From Laetmonice hystrix (taxonomy: Eukaryota), in contig OZ249448.1 of assembly GCA_965235115.1 (NCBI GenBank), positions 3,410,001 to 3,474,000 on the forward strand: a stretch of 64,000 bases of DNA. The letters run 5' to 3'. The notes beneath the pieces were generated by a model that had not been told where the DNA came from, made no database searches, and was given only the letters and a program-made list of their open reading frames with translations. Positions 32,081 to 45,688 of this stretch are shown here, in pieces. Each line of letters begins with the position of its first letter. Positions within the stretch are counted from its first letter, which is position 1. The position numbers were made by a program, and so were the translations under genes.

Positions 32081-32269
32081 CAGGGCCGTAGCCTGGCCCA
32101 AATGCGGTGGGGGGGGGGGGGGGCAATAGGCCTGCCAAGTGATAGCGCGTCATTGCGCCGGTCGAGCTGGCCCGGGGTGTGGGTTAAAAAAACACAAAAA
32201 ACTGGAAATCCCAGGGGGGGGGGGGCAGCTGCCCCCTGCCCCCCCCCCCCCCCGCAGGCTACGGCCCTG
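32081..32269. mobile_element. 189-bp MITE with 15-bp perfect TIR
   Basis: CAGGGCCGTAGCCTG ... CAGGCTACGGCCCTG; absent at the homologous site near 40410 (AAATTACATGTATTATCAAGATC). Confidence 0.8.
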
Positions 32270-33477
32270 ACGTATCATCAAGATCTGGCACTAAATTTCA
32301 TGTTTAATTTTGATGTCTCTTGGACTTCAGGGTGGACGATACCTTGAGGCATTACCGCACCAGGGCGAACGTTGCCTTGAGGCGTTACCGCGTCGGGGCG
32401 GACGATGCCTAGCTTGAGGCACCTTTTTGTCACTACTCCTACCATTCCTCCTATCAGGCCCATTCAAAGCAAGGATCAACCAAGTACAAGTGTCGAGTAC
32501 CTGTACCAACTCCTCCCCCTTACACATTACATTGATTGCTATTGTCGTTTAGATATTATGTATCCAAAAATCACGTTTTTCGATTGGGGTAGCCTACTGT
32601 TGTCATCCCCAGACGAAAATCCAAAATGGCTTGCCCATGTGGGGTGGTGCACAAAACTGGGTCAGCCTCTGTGACGATTGTGACGTAACAAACGTCGCCG
32701 ACATAAGGTTAAATGTAATACTTCGAAATAAAGTTATTGTACTCCTTGACTTCATGGTAGAATTTTCCCTACAACCCGTATTTTGTTTGATTCCAGCGTT
32801 TTTGAATTACTTATAGAGCAACCATTTACATATACATTTTTCAAATAAAATGTATTACTGTTATAACAGTATAGTAGATGATGACCGCATAATTTCCCTA
32901 GCTTTCTTCCCATGGCACACCAACACGCCGGCCATCTTAAACATTCCATAGAAACCAATATAATTTTCCAACCTATCAAAGGCCGAGGGAAAACAAGCGA
33001 TTCCTTGAGATGCAACGCCATCATAGCTACCTTTCTGTAAAACATGTTCACAACAGATTTATTTGCCAAAAGGCCAAGTTTGCATCAATCTAAATTAGTA
33101 ATGACAAATAAATGTCTTGAATATAGAGTTTGGCCAATTGAAATGATAGAATGTTAGTGACTGCAAAAAATATTCTATGTGCATCAGTAGACCGTCAACC
33201 TATTCTGTTTGTAAATATTTATGCAAACCATCAGTCAACCAAATACACGGCTGGCCGGAGTGGATAATGTTTAGATATTCTCTTGTTGCTATGGTTTCAA
33301 TGGGCAAAGTGAACTTTGTGGCAGACTGGGCCTGGCTTGCCCATTAGTGATGGCAAATACATTTATGCTTAAACAAAGAACCTCCTATTGACAAACAAAA
33401 CCAGAATGTTCTTTCACAAACATGTCCGACTGTTTGCACAGATCATTTGAGCGACTATATTCATTTGCGTTCTGATT

Positions 33478-33484
33478 TATATAG
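33478..33484 (+). promoter_or_regulatory. candidate TATA box of GRL genes (example: GRL2)
   Basis: (TA)TATAGAGTCAAGGTCTGTTT lies about 45-50 nt upstream of the ATG in all nine GRL copies (TTAATATAG in GRL6 and GRL8). Confidence 0.45.
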
Positions 33485-33529
33485 AGTCAAGGTCTGTTTC
33501 TACCCGGAGTCGTCGGTACGGGTTCCAGA

Positions 33530-35931
33530 ATGTCAGCGGGGCTGGTTCTTAGTCGAGTGGCAAGCATGCTGATGCTAAGCGGCGTTTTCATCAAGAACAA
33601 GGACCGATCGAGATGGAAGGACGTTCTTTTGGCAATCTACTGCATCATGATCCTTTTCAGCTATCTTTTTACTTCAGGAAGATTTGTTTATTATCTTGCA
33701 ATCTCCACTGAGGGATTCAGTGCTGCCAAGCTATATTTAGTTCATTATATCATGAGCGAGTTCACCATGTTCTCGATCTATCTGGCTATACAAATGGCAG
33801 GGACTTGTCTTCAGACTTTTTCAGAGTCTTTTGACAAGGAAATGAACAGAGAAGAAATAATGCCCAATGGCGAAGGTCTCAATCTCAAGAATGTGGAAAG
33901 GGCATCTCTGGTGTTTTTAGTGGTCAATGTCGTCTCCTCAATTCTAGTGGTAGTCGGTCGGTCACTGGCTTACTTTGGATTCTCCAGAGAGATAACTGTG
34001 GATCGCTTGTTCCCAATACCTCCAGTGTTTGATAGACCTTGGATGGTCGGCCTGCAGGCATTTGACATAGTCATTGCACAATTACAAGTCTGCCTCTTCT
34101 TCGCAATACTCGCAATGGTCATATTCACTTGCGTCCTCCTTTCGAAGGCCTTTGAAAGATTCATGAAAAAGATCACCTCAGCGGGAACGGGATGGAATTC
34201 CGACTTGGAGATTGAAAACATGCGCTTGCATTACGAGGAGCTCATTCACCTTACAAACGTGGCCGATTCAATGTTGAGAGATAGTATTGCAGTGTTGTTT
34301 CTGGCAGTGATGATACAAATGTGTTTCGCTATCTTTGGTCTTGTTCGAATGGACACTTATGGGATCCAACACATGTCTGCAGTTCAGGTTGTTTGCTCAA
34401 TTATCTCTGTATTTCCCGTTTGGAGCTGCTGCGTTAAGGTGCATGAGGCCGTAAGTTGAACTGACTAAAAATTATTTCCTTTAAAGGGTAGCCTCCCTAA
34501 TGTAGATTTGGAAATGATAAATAACACAGCTGCCTTCTGCCAAATATGGACCGAATTCGAAAGAAAAGAATTACTTTATTCAACTTTGGGCAAACTCTAA
34601 GAAAACTTCATACCAACGTATTCCTTTATATAATGGTCAGGATTAAACCATTAGTTACGAATATTTTTTGTTTGGGTTTTAGAAAAGGTGATTGCTGCAT
34701 TGATATCTAGCATATGTCTATTTATCTAGTATATTCTTAAGATGAACAACCTTTAGTCAAGTTTATTTTATATACACCCTCTGGGTCAATTTATACAATC
34801 AGCATAAGCCTAGGTTGACAATCGATCCACTCCGTATTATCAGTCGCATGCCGTAATTCTTATATCTCCCCATCGGCAGGCCTCTCGTCCCCTTGATGAG
34901 CTCTACAGATGCAAACTCTGCTCCCTCCCAGAGAACTGTGTTCCTCAGGTAACGTCCATGTTTTATTCAGAGAGTTGTATTCATCAGTGGCACCTTGGAG
35001 CAATACGTCTGGCCAACAGGCAGAGGTCCATGCATACTTAGCCACCAATAGCTAATGGCCTCTCTCAGCTTGCAGAGGGAGTAGGGTGGGGCTTGACCCC
35101 TCTTCTCCACTGCTTCTGGCGGATGTGGCCAAATTAAGGGTTCACATGAACAATAGGATGATCTTTATAATAGTATAGTCATTTGAGAATATGTAACCCA
35201 CTGTATTGATAAAGAATTCTTTGCTTTTCAGATTCAGTTATTCATCAGTCGCCTTCAGGGGTCCCCGGTTGGGATCACTGCTGCAGGGTTCTTTCTCGTT
35301 AACAAACAGCTTCTTGTTTCCGTACGTATTTCTCTGATTAAGCACTCAACTGGACACTATCTATGTTGGCCTATTTCCACTCTCTACACTATCTATGTTG
35401 GTCGTATATGAAAAGATAATAGGGGATTCTTCCCGGGGGTCTTTCCGCATAGTATCCTCATCCAGAATAGATATCATGACTGAACAAGTTTTAACTAGAA
35501 ATTGCTCAGTTGGGCGGAAGCTATCACCTTGTGGGTATTGTACAGTTAGCAAATGACGGTTAATTCTTTCAAAGCTAGGTGTGCGTGATACTGTAGAAAG
35601 ACTGAAACTCATAAAGCAGTATACTATGAACCCCTCTAAAAACAAAGAATGCAAACTATATTGTGATGGTCTATGACAGTTAACTCTCACTGTAGTAAGC
35701 ATCTGGCTGCGAGTGTTCCACCGCCCGACACACACACACTTGGGGTGACTGCATCTTATTGACAAAGGAAAGTTTATTTTTCAGATTGTGGGGACGATCC
35801 TGGCCTACACCATTGTCGTTTTCCAGTTCCAACCGGAAACAGCCTGTGGGTGTGATCCTAATCCTGCGGCAGTCCAAAATGTCACCGACTCAACATTTTC
35901 CGACCTTGACTCAACTACTTTGCCATACTAG
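33530..35931 (+). CDS. GRL gene 2, 408 aa
   Basis: Exons 33530-34450, 34880-34948, 35232-35321, 35785-35931; intact frame; TM7 AYTIVVFQF. Confidence 0.9.
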
Positions 35932-37518
35932 TATTTGGGGAAGCACCTTATTTAACGAGGTCGAATTTAAAAAAAAACTCATGCATTAAGAATGCTACGG
36001 TCTATTTCTTGTTTCTAAATTGCAAAACAGTGACCCTTTATTGACCCTTAACAGTGACTAGTCATAATGGTCGCCCCTTTGGGATTAGGGTTAGAACAGT
36101 ATACTCAGCTCCGACCCTGTCCCTTTGTAACAGGCGACGAAAGGGGCTTGGAATTGGACAGAGAATTGGTTGAGTGTTGGATTGCAGAACGATCTGTGTT
36201 GTTCAGAATCTGGTGAGTTTGCATCCTTCAAGTTCTTCTGCCTGGTCCTACTGAGTGCTTCCCAATTGAGTCATCAAAGGCGTTGGTATATCCAGCCGTG
36301 TCTCTACGACGGGACATATAAAAGAACGATTGACTAGGGTTTAACCCAGTTAACCCAGCTCCCCCCCCCCCCCAGCCGCAACAAAATCACAAATAAAGAT
36401 TAAGGGACGAAATACAACCACCTCCAGTTGACACTACAGACCGTGTAGTGTATATCTGAATTTCTTTTTTGGAGGTCATTGCCGAAAAGCGATAGTCACT
36501 TTTAAAGGAGCAAAATAGAAATACAAATGCATTCAGTTTTCTCTCAGTTTACAGGGGACGGTTATGTTTTTCAGACTAAATAAACAAAACTTGAGAGACC
36601 AGCATAGTTTACAAATTTCTAGTCTCTGATGTACACAGCAATTCACTACAATACAGAATGAACTGTCTGACTTGATTCTATAGGTAATCTATGAGCATTT
36701 TAAGTGTAATACTTCGAAATAAAGGTACTGTACTCTTTGACTTCATGGCAGAATTTTCCCTACAACCCGCACTTTGTTTGATTCCAGCGTTTTTGAATTA
36801 CTTAGAGTAACCATTTACATATACATTGTTCAAATAAAATATATTACTGTTATAACAGTATAGTAGATGATGACCGCATCATTTCCCTAGCTTTCTTCCC
36901 ATGGCACACCAACACGCCGGCCATCTTAAACATTCCATAGAAACCAATATAATTTTCCAACCTATCAAAGGCCGAGGGAAACCAAGCGATTCCTTGAGAT
37001 GCAACGCCATCATAGCTACCTTTCTGTAAAACATGTTCACAACAGATTTATTTGCCAAAAGGCCAAGTTTGCATCGATCTAAATTAGTAATGACAAATAA
37101 ATGTCTTGAATATAGAGTTTGGCCAATCGAAATGATAGAATGTTAGTGATTGCAAAAAATATTCTATGTGCATCAGTAGACCGTCAACCTATTCTGGTTG
37201 TAAATATTTATGCAAACCATCAGTCAACCAAATACACGGCTGGCCGGAGTGGATAATGTTTAAATATTCTCTTGTTGCTATGGTTTCAATGGGCAAAGTG
37301 AACTTTGTGGCAGACTGGGCCTGGCTTGCCCATTAGTGATGGCAAATACATTTATGCTTAAACAAAGAACCTCCTATTGACAAACAAAACCAGAATGTTC
37401 TTTCACAAACATGTCCGACTGTTTGCACAGATCATTTGAGCGACTATATTCATTTGCGTTCTGATTTATATAGAGTCAAGGTCTGTTTCTACCCGGAGTC
37501 GTCGGTACGGGTTTCAGA

Positions 37519-39977
37519 ATGTCAGCGGGGCTGGTTCTTAGTCGAGTGGCAAGCATGCTGATGCTGAGCGGCGTTTTCATCAAGAACAAGGACCGATCGA
37601 GATGGAAGGACGTTCTTTTGGCAATCTACTGCATCATGATCCTTTTCAGCTATCTTTTTACTTCAGGAAGATTTGTTTATTATCTTGCAATCTCCACTGA
37701 GGGATTCAGTGCTGCCAAGCTATATTTAGTTCATTATATCATGGGCGAGTTCACCATGTTCTCGATCTATCTGGCTATACAAATGGCAGGGACTTGTCTT
37801 CAGACTTTTTCAGAGTTTTTTGACAAGGAAATGAACAGAGAAGAATTAATGCCCAATGGCGAAGGTCTCGATCTCAAGAACGTGGAAAGGGCATCTCTGG
37901 TGTGCTTAGTGGCCAATGTCGTCTCCTCAATTCTAGTGATAGTCGGTCGGTCACTGGCTTACTTTGGATTCTCCAGAGTGATAACTGGGGACCCCTTGTT
38001 CCCAATACCTCCAGTGTTTGATACACCTTGGATGATCGGCCTTCAGGCAGTTGACATAATCACTTTCCAGTTACGAAACGTTCTCTACGTCACGGTGCTT
38101 GCAACATTCATATTCACATGTATTTTCCTACTGAAGGCCTTTGAAAGATTCATGAAAACGATCACCTCGGCGGGAACAGGATGGAATTCGGACTTGGAGA
38201 TTGAAAACCTGCGCTTGCATTACGAGGAGCTCATTCACCTTACAAACGTGGCAGATTCAATGTTGAGAGATTGTGTCGCAGTGTTGTTTTTGTCAGTGAT
38301 GATACAAATGTGTTTCGCTATCTTTGGTCTTGTTCGAATGGACACCTATTGGAGCCAACACATGTCTGCAGTTCAGCTTGCTTTCGCGAATATCTCGGTT
38401 TTTCTCGTTTGGAGCTCCTGCATTAGGGTGCATGAGGCTGTAAGTTGAACCGACTAACAATTATTTCTTTTAAAGGGAAACAGCAAGAATAGCCTTAAGT
38501 AATCCCCAAAATAAACACTGTTATATAACAGTACCTGTGAACTGTGTGAATACGTTGGTGCATATTCTTGAAGTGGTAATTGTCGCAAATCTGTGAAGCA
38601 GGTAGCCTCCCTAATCTCGATTTGGGAATGATAAATAACACAGGTGTCTTCTGCCAAATATGGACCAAATTCGAAAGAAAAGAATTACTTTATTTAACTT
38701 TGGGCAAACTCTAAGAACACTTCATACCTTTTTGTTTGGGTTTTAGAAATGGTGGTTGCTGCATTGGTATATATAGCATATGTCTATTTATCTAGTATAT
38801 TCTTAAGATGAACAACCTTTAGTCAAGTTTATTTTATATACACCCTCTGGGTCATTTTATACAATCAGCATAAGCCTAGGTTGACAATCGATCCACTCTG
38901 TATTATCAGTCGCATGCCGTAATTATGATATCTCCCCATCGGCAGGCCTCTCGTCCCCTTGATGAGCTCTACAGACGCAAACTCTGCTCCCTCCCAGAGA
39001 ACTGTGTTCCTCAGGTAACGTCCATGTTTTATTCGGAGAGTTGTATTCATCAGTGGCACCTTGGAGCAATACGCCTAGCCAACAGGCAGAGGTCCATGCA
39101 TACTTAGCCACCAATAGCTAATGGCATCTATCAGCTTGCAGAGGGAGTAGGGTGGGGCTTGACCCCTCTTCTCCACTGCTTCTGGCGGATGTGGCCTTAA
39201 ACAAATTAAGGGTTCGCATGAACAATAGGATGATCTTTATAATAGTATAGTCATTTAAGAATATGTAACCCACTGTATTGATAAAGAATTCTTTGCTTTT
39301 CAGATTCAGATGTTCATCAGTCGCCTTCAGGGGTCCCCGGTTGGGATCACTGCTGCAGGGTTCTTTCTCGTTAACAAACAGCTCCTTGTTTCCGTACGTA
39401 TTTCTCTGATTAAGCACTCAACTGGACACTCTCTATGTTGGCCTATTTCCAGTCGTGTATAAAAAGATAATAGGGGATTCTTCCCGGGGGCCTTTCCGCA
39501 TAGTATCCTCATCCAAAATAGATATTATGACTAAACAAGTTTTAGCTAAAAATTGCCCTTTGGGCGGAAGTTATCACTTTTTGGGAGTTGTAAAGGGAGT
39601 AGATGACGGTTAATTGTTTTAAAGGTTGGGGTGTGTGTTACTGTAGAAATACTGAAAATGATCAAGTGGTATACTATGAACTCCTCTAAAAACAAATAAC
39701 TATATGTATTATGATGGTCTATGACAGTCAACTATCACTGTAGTAAGCATCCTGCTGCGAGTGTCCCACCGCACGACATGCACACTTGGGGTGACTACAT
39801 CTTATTGACAAAGAAAAGTTTATTTTTCAGATTGTGGGGACGATCCTGGCCTACACCATTGTCGTTTTCCAGTTCCAACCGCAAACAGCCTGTGGATGTG
39901 ACACTGATCCGGCGGCGGTCCAAAATGTCACCGCCTCAACATTTTCCGACCTTGACCCGACTACTTTCCCCTACTAG
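37519..39977 (+). CDS. GRL gene 3, 408 aa
   Basis: Exons 37519-38439, 38946-39014, 39304-39393, 39831-39977; intact frame. Confidence 0.9.
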
Positions 39978-40578
39978 TATTTAGGGAAGCACCTTATTTA
40001 ACGAGGCCTAGAATTCTATTTTAAACTCGTGCATTAAGAACGTTACGGTCTATTTGTTGTTTTGAAATTGCAATAGAATGTCCCTTTATTGACCCTTAAC
40101 AGTGACTACAGTGTGTAGTCATATTGGTCGCCGCTTTGGGATTCTGAATTTCTAGTCTCCGATGCAGACCACTTTACTGGTCTAGATAGATCACTTTGAG
40201 TTGTAGACGTGTCCTTGATAGGTTTTCTGAGAAGTCCTCTCAATTTAGAAAAATATTAAAAATTCGAATTGCGTGCCACATCACAGTGTCACTCCCGCCT
40301 ATTCTTTACCATTGCCCCATATGACGTCATCAGGGGAATTGGTCCTCAAAACAGCTTACACACAGTTCATGTTCTTGTACAATAACCGCTCCTTTAAGTT
40401 AAACAACAACAAATTACATGTATTATCAAGATCTGGCACTAAATTTCATGTTAATTTTGATGTCTCTTGGACTTTAAGTGTAATACTTCGAAATAAAGTT
40501 ACTGTACTCCTTGACTTCATGGTAGAATTTTCCATGCAACCCGCACTTTGTTTGATTCCTGCGTTTTTGAATTACTAA

Positions 40579-41027
40579 TGGCCCTGATCCACCGATGGTG
40601 ACCAGTTCGCAACTGACTAGCCTAAAGAATCAAAGTTGCGAATCAGTCCCAAACAAAACTTTGCGACTGATTCGCAACTTTGATGACAAGTTGCGAATCA
40701 GTCGCGAAAATAGTTGCAAAGAGGTTGTGAAGCATGAATGCGTCGCGAAAGCTGATCCACCGGAAAATATAGTTGCCAAGTTCCAGTCGCCAGTGGGCGA
40801 AATCAAACATGCTTGATGTCACCAAGGGAGTTTGCGAACAGGTCACAAAGCCAGGCGACTCGCAAAGCCAGTCGCAAACCCCTCAGGACAGGTGATCCAC
40901 CAAAATAGTGTTCGTGTCGTGTTCACGACTGGGTTGTCAACAGTAGGACTTCCCCGAGTTGCCAACAGGTTGCCAATAGGTTGCCAACGAGTCGCAAGGC
41001 CAAGTTGCCAGCGGTGGATCAGGGGCA
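40579..41027. mobile_element. 449-bp PIF/Harbinger-like MITE (copy a)
   Basis: TIR TGGCCCTGATCCACCGATGG versus reverse-complemented right end TGCCCCTGATCCACCGCTGG; flanked by TAA/TTA; empty site GAATTAC-TTA-GAGTAACC in the GRL3, GRL5 and GRL8 upstream regions. Confidence 0.75.
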
Positions 41028-41744
41028 TTAGAGTAAACATTTACATATATGGTACATTGTTCAAATAAAATATATTACATGTACTGTTATAACAGTATAG
41101 TAGATGATGACCGCATCCTTTCCCTAGCTTTCTTCCCATGGAACACCAACACGCCGGCCATCTTAAATATTCCATAGAAACCAATATAATTTTCCAACCT
41201 ATCAAAGGCCGAGGGAAACCAAGCAATTCCTCGAGATGCAACACCATCATAGCTACCTTTCTGTAAAACATGTTCACAACAGATTTATTTCCCAATAGGC
41301 CAAGGTTGCATCGATCTAAATTAGTAATGACAAAGAAATGTCTTGAATATAGAGTTTGGCCAATCAAAATGATAGAATGTTAGTGACTGCAAAAGAGCAT
41401 TCTATGTGCATCTGTAGACCGTGAACCTAATCTGTTTGTAAATATTTATGCCAACAATCAGTCAACAAAATCCACAGCCAGTCGGAGTGGATAATGTTGA
41501 GATATTCTCTTGTTGCTATGGTTTCAATGTGCAAAATGAACATTGCGGCAGACTGAGCCTGGCTTGCCCATTAGTGATGAATCCATTCATTCTTAAGCAA
41601 AGAACCTCCTTTTCGCAAATATAACCAAAATGTGTTGATTCACAAACATATCGTACTGTTTGCACAGATCATTTGAGCGTTACGTTCTGCTTTATATAGA
41701 GTCAAGGTCTGTTTATACCCGGAGTCATAGGTACGAGTTCCAGA

Positions 41745-44110
41745 ATGTCAGCGGGGCTGATTCTTCGTCGGGTGGCAAGCATGCTGATGCTAAGTGGGGT
41801 TTTCATCAAAAACAAGGACCGATCGAGATGGAAGGACGTTCTTTTGGCAATCTACTGCATCATGATCCTTTCCGGCTATCTTTATACTGCAGGAAGATTT
41901 GTTTATTATATTACAATCTCCACTGAGGGATTCAGTGGTGCCAAGTTATATTTATTGCAGTATACCATCGGCCAGTTCACCATGTTCACGATCTATCTGG
42001 CTATACAAATGGCTGCGCCTTGCCTTCAGACTTTTTCGGAATCTTTTGACAAGGAAATGAACAGAGAAGAAATAATGCCCAATGGCGAAGGTCTCAATCT
42101 CAAGAATGTGGAAAGGGCATCTCTGGTGTTTTTAGTGGTCAATGTCGTCTCCTCAATTCTAGCCGTAGTCGGTCGGTCACTGGCTTACTTTGGATTCTCC
42201 GTAGAGATAACAGTTACTGTGGATCGCTTGTTCCCAATACCTGCAGTGTTTGATAGACCTTGGATGGTCGGCCTGCAGGCACTTGACATAGTCATTGCAC
42301 AATTACAAGTCTGCCTCTTCTTCGCAATACTCGCAACGGTCATATTCACTTGCGTCCTCCTTTCGAAGGCCTTTGAAAGATTCATGAAAAAGATCACCTC
42401 AGCGGGAACGGGATGGAATTCCGACTTGGAGGTTGAAAACATGCGCTTGCATTACGAGGAGCTCATTCACCTTACAAACGTGGCCGATTCAATGTTGAGA
42501 GATAGTATTGCAGTGTTGTTTCTAGCAGTGATGATACAAATGTGTTTCGCTATCTTTGGTCTTGTTCGAATGGACACTTATGGGATCCAACACATGTCTG
42601 CAGTTCAGGTTGTTTGCTCAATTATCTCTGTATTTCCCGTTTGGAGCTGCTGCGTTAAAGGGTAGCCTCCCTAATGTAGATTTGGAAATGATAAATAACA
42701 CAGCTGCCTTCTGCCAAATATGGACCGAATTCGAAAGAAAAGAATTACTTTATTCAACTTTGGGCAAACTCTAAGAAAACTTCATACCAACGTATTCCTT
42801 TATATAATGGTCAGGATTAAACCATTAGTTACGAATATTTTTTGTTTGGGTTTTAGAAAAGGTGATTGCTGCATTGATATCTAGCATATGTCTATTTATC
42901 TAGTATATTCTTAAGATGAACAACCTTTAGTCAAGTTTATTTTATATACACCCTCTGGGTCATTTTATACAATCAGCATAAGTCTAGGTTGACAATCGAT
43001 CCACTCTGTATTATCAGTCGCATGCCGTAATTCTTATATCTCCCCATTGGCAGGCCTCTCGTCCCCTTGATGAGCTCTACAGACGCAAACTCTGCTCCCT
43101 CCCAGAGAACTGTGTTCCTCAGGTAACGTCCATGTTTTATTCGGAGAGTTGTATTCATCAGTGGCACCTTGGAGCAATACGCCTGGCCAACAGGCAGAGG
43201 TCCATGCATACTTAGCCACCAATAGCTAATGGCATCTATCAGTTTGCAGAGGGAGTAGGGTGGGGCTTGACCCCTCTTCTCCACTGCTTCTGGCGGATGT
43301 GGCCTTCAACAAATTAAGGGATCTCATGAACAATAGGATGATCTTTATATAGTATAGTCTTTTGAGAATATGTAACCCATTGTATTGATACAGAATTCTT
43401 TGCTTTTCAGATTCAGATGTTCATCAGTCGCCTTCAGGGGTCCCCGGTTGGGATCACTGCTGCAGGGTTCTTTCTCGTTAACAAACAGCTCCTTGTTTCT
43501 GTACGTATTTCTCTGATTAAGCACTCATCTGGACACTATCTATGTTGGCCTATTTCCACTATCTACACTCTCTATGTTGGTCGTATATGAAAAGATAATA
43601 GGGGATTCTTCCCGGGGGTCTTTCCGCATAGTATCCTCATCCAGAATAGATATCATGACTGAACAGGTTTTAACTAGAAATTGCTCAGTTGGGCGGAAGC
43701 TATCACCTTGTGGGAATTGTACAGTTAGCAAATGACGGTTAATTCTTTTAAAGCTAGGTGTGCGTGATACTGTAGAAAGACTGAAACTCATAAAGCAGTA
43801 TACTATGAACCCCTCTAAAAACAAAGAATGCAAACTATATTGTGATGGTCTATGACAGTTAACTCTCACTGTAGTAAGCATCTGGCTGCGAGTGTTCCAC
43901 CGCCCGACACACACACACTTGGGGTGACTGCATCTTATTGACAAAGAAAAGTTTATTTTTCAGATTGTGGGGACGATCCTGGCCTACACCATTGTCGTTT
44001 TCCAGTTCCAACCGGAAACTGCCTGTGGGTGTGATCCTAATCCGGCAGCAGTCCAAAATGTCACCGACTCAACATTTTCCGACCTTGACTCAACTACTTT
44101 GCCATACTAG
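41745..44110 (+). pseudogene. GRL gene 4, probable pseudogene (exon-1 donor deleted)
   Basis: Exon 1 from 41745 runs into a stop at 42663-42665 because 47 nt containing GTGCATGAGGCC|GTAAGT are missing relative to GRL7; downstream exons 43054-43122, 43411-43500 and 43964-44110 are intact. Confidence 0.8.
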
Positions 44111-45688
44111 TATTTGGGGAAGCACCTTATTTAACGAGGTCGATTTTTTTTAAAACTCATGCATTAAGAATGCTACGGTCTATTTCTTGTTTCTAAATTG
44201 CAAAACAGTGACCCTTTATTGACCCTTAACAGTGACTAGTCATAATGGTCGCCCCTTTGGGATTAGGGTTAGAACAGTATACTCAGCTCCGACCCTGTCC
44301 CTTTGTAACAGGCGACGAAAGGGGCTTGGAATTGGACAGGGAATTGGTTGAGTGTTGGATTGCAGAACGATCTGTGTTGTTCAGAATCTGGTGAGTTTGC
44401 ATCCTTCAAGTTCTTCTGCCTGGTCCTACTGAGTGCTTCACAAGTGAGTCGTCAAAGGCGTTGGTATATCCAGCCGTGTCTCTACGACGGGACATATAAA
44501 AGAACGATTGAGTAGGGCTTAACCCAGTTAACCCAGCTCCCCCCCCCCCCCCAGCCGCAACGAAATCGCAGATAAAGATTAAGGGACAAAATACAACCAC
44601 CTGAAGTTGACACTACAGACCGAGTAGTGTATATCTGAATTTCTTTTTTGGAGGTCATTGCCGAAAAGCGATAGTCACTTTTAAAGGAGCAAAATAGAAA
44701 TACAAATGCATTCAGTTTTCTCTCAGTTTACAGGGGACAGTTATGTTTTTCAGACTAAATAAACAGAACTTGAGAGACCAGCATAGTTTACAAATTTCTA
44801 GTCTCTGATGTTCACAGCAATTCACTACAATACAGAATGAACTGTCTGACTTGATTCTATAGGTAATCTATGAGCATTTTAAGTGCAATACTTCGAAATA
44901 AAGTTACTGTAATCTTTGACTTCATGGTAGAATTTTCCCGTATTTTGTTTGATTCCAGCGTTTTTGAATTACTTAGAGTAACCATTCACATATACATTGT
45001 TCAAATAAAATATATTACTGTTATAACAGTATAGTAGATGATGACCGTATCCTTTCCCTAGCTTTCTTCCCATGGCACACTAACACGCCGGCCATCTTAA
45101 ACATTCCATAGAAACCAATATAATTTTCCAACCTATCAAAGGCCGAGGGAAAACAAGTGATTCCTTGAGATGCAACGCCATCATAGCTACCTTCTGTAAA
45201 ACATGTTCACAACAGATTTATTTGCCAAAAGGCCAAGTTTGCATCGATCTAAATTAGTAATGACAAATAAATGTCTTGAATATAGAGTTTGGCCAATCAA
45301 AATGATAGAATGTTAGTGACGACAAAAAACATTCCATGTGCATCAGTATACCGTCAACCTATTCTGGTTGTAAATATTTATGCAAACCATCAGTCAACCA
45401 AATACAGGGCTGGCCGGAGTGGATAATGTTTAGATATTCTCTTGTTGCTATGGTTTCAATGGGCAAAGTGAACTTTGTGGCAGACTGAGTCTGGCTTGCC
45501 CATTAGTGATGGCGAATACATTTATGCTTAAACAAAGAACCTCCTATTGACAAACAAACCCACAATGTTCTTTCACAAACATGTCCGACCGTTTGCACAG
45601 ATCACTTGAGCGACAACATTCATTTGCGTTCTGATTTATATAGAGTCAAGGTCTGTTTCTACCTGGAGTCGTCGGTACGGGTTCCAGA

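Noticed and set aside
36065-36600. SINE-like segment in the long GRL spacer (CCCTTTGTAACAGGCGACGAAAGGGG...CGGGACATATAAAAGAAC)
   Set aside because: It resembles invertebrate SINE cores only from memory; no Pol III A/B boxes or TSD were identified, so it needs a Dfam/Repbase search.
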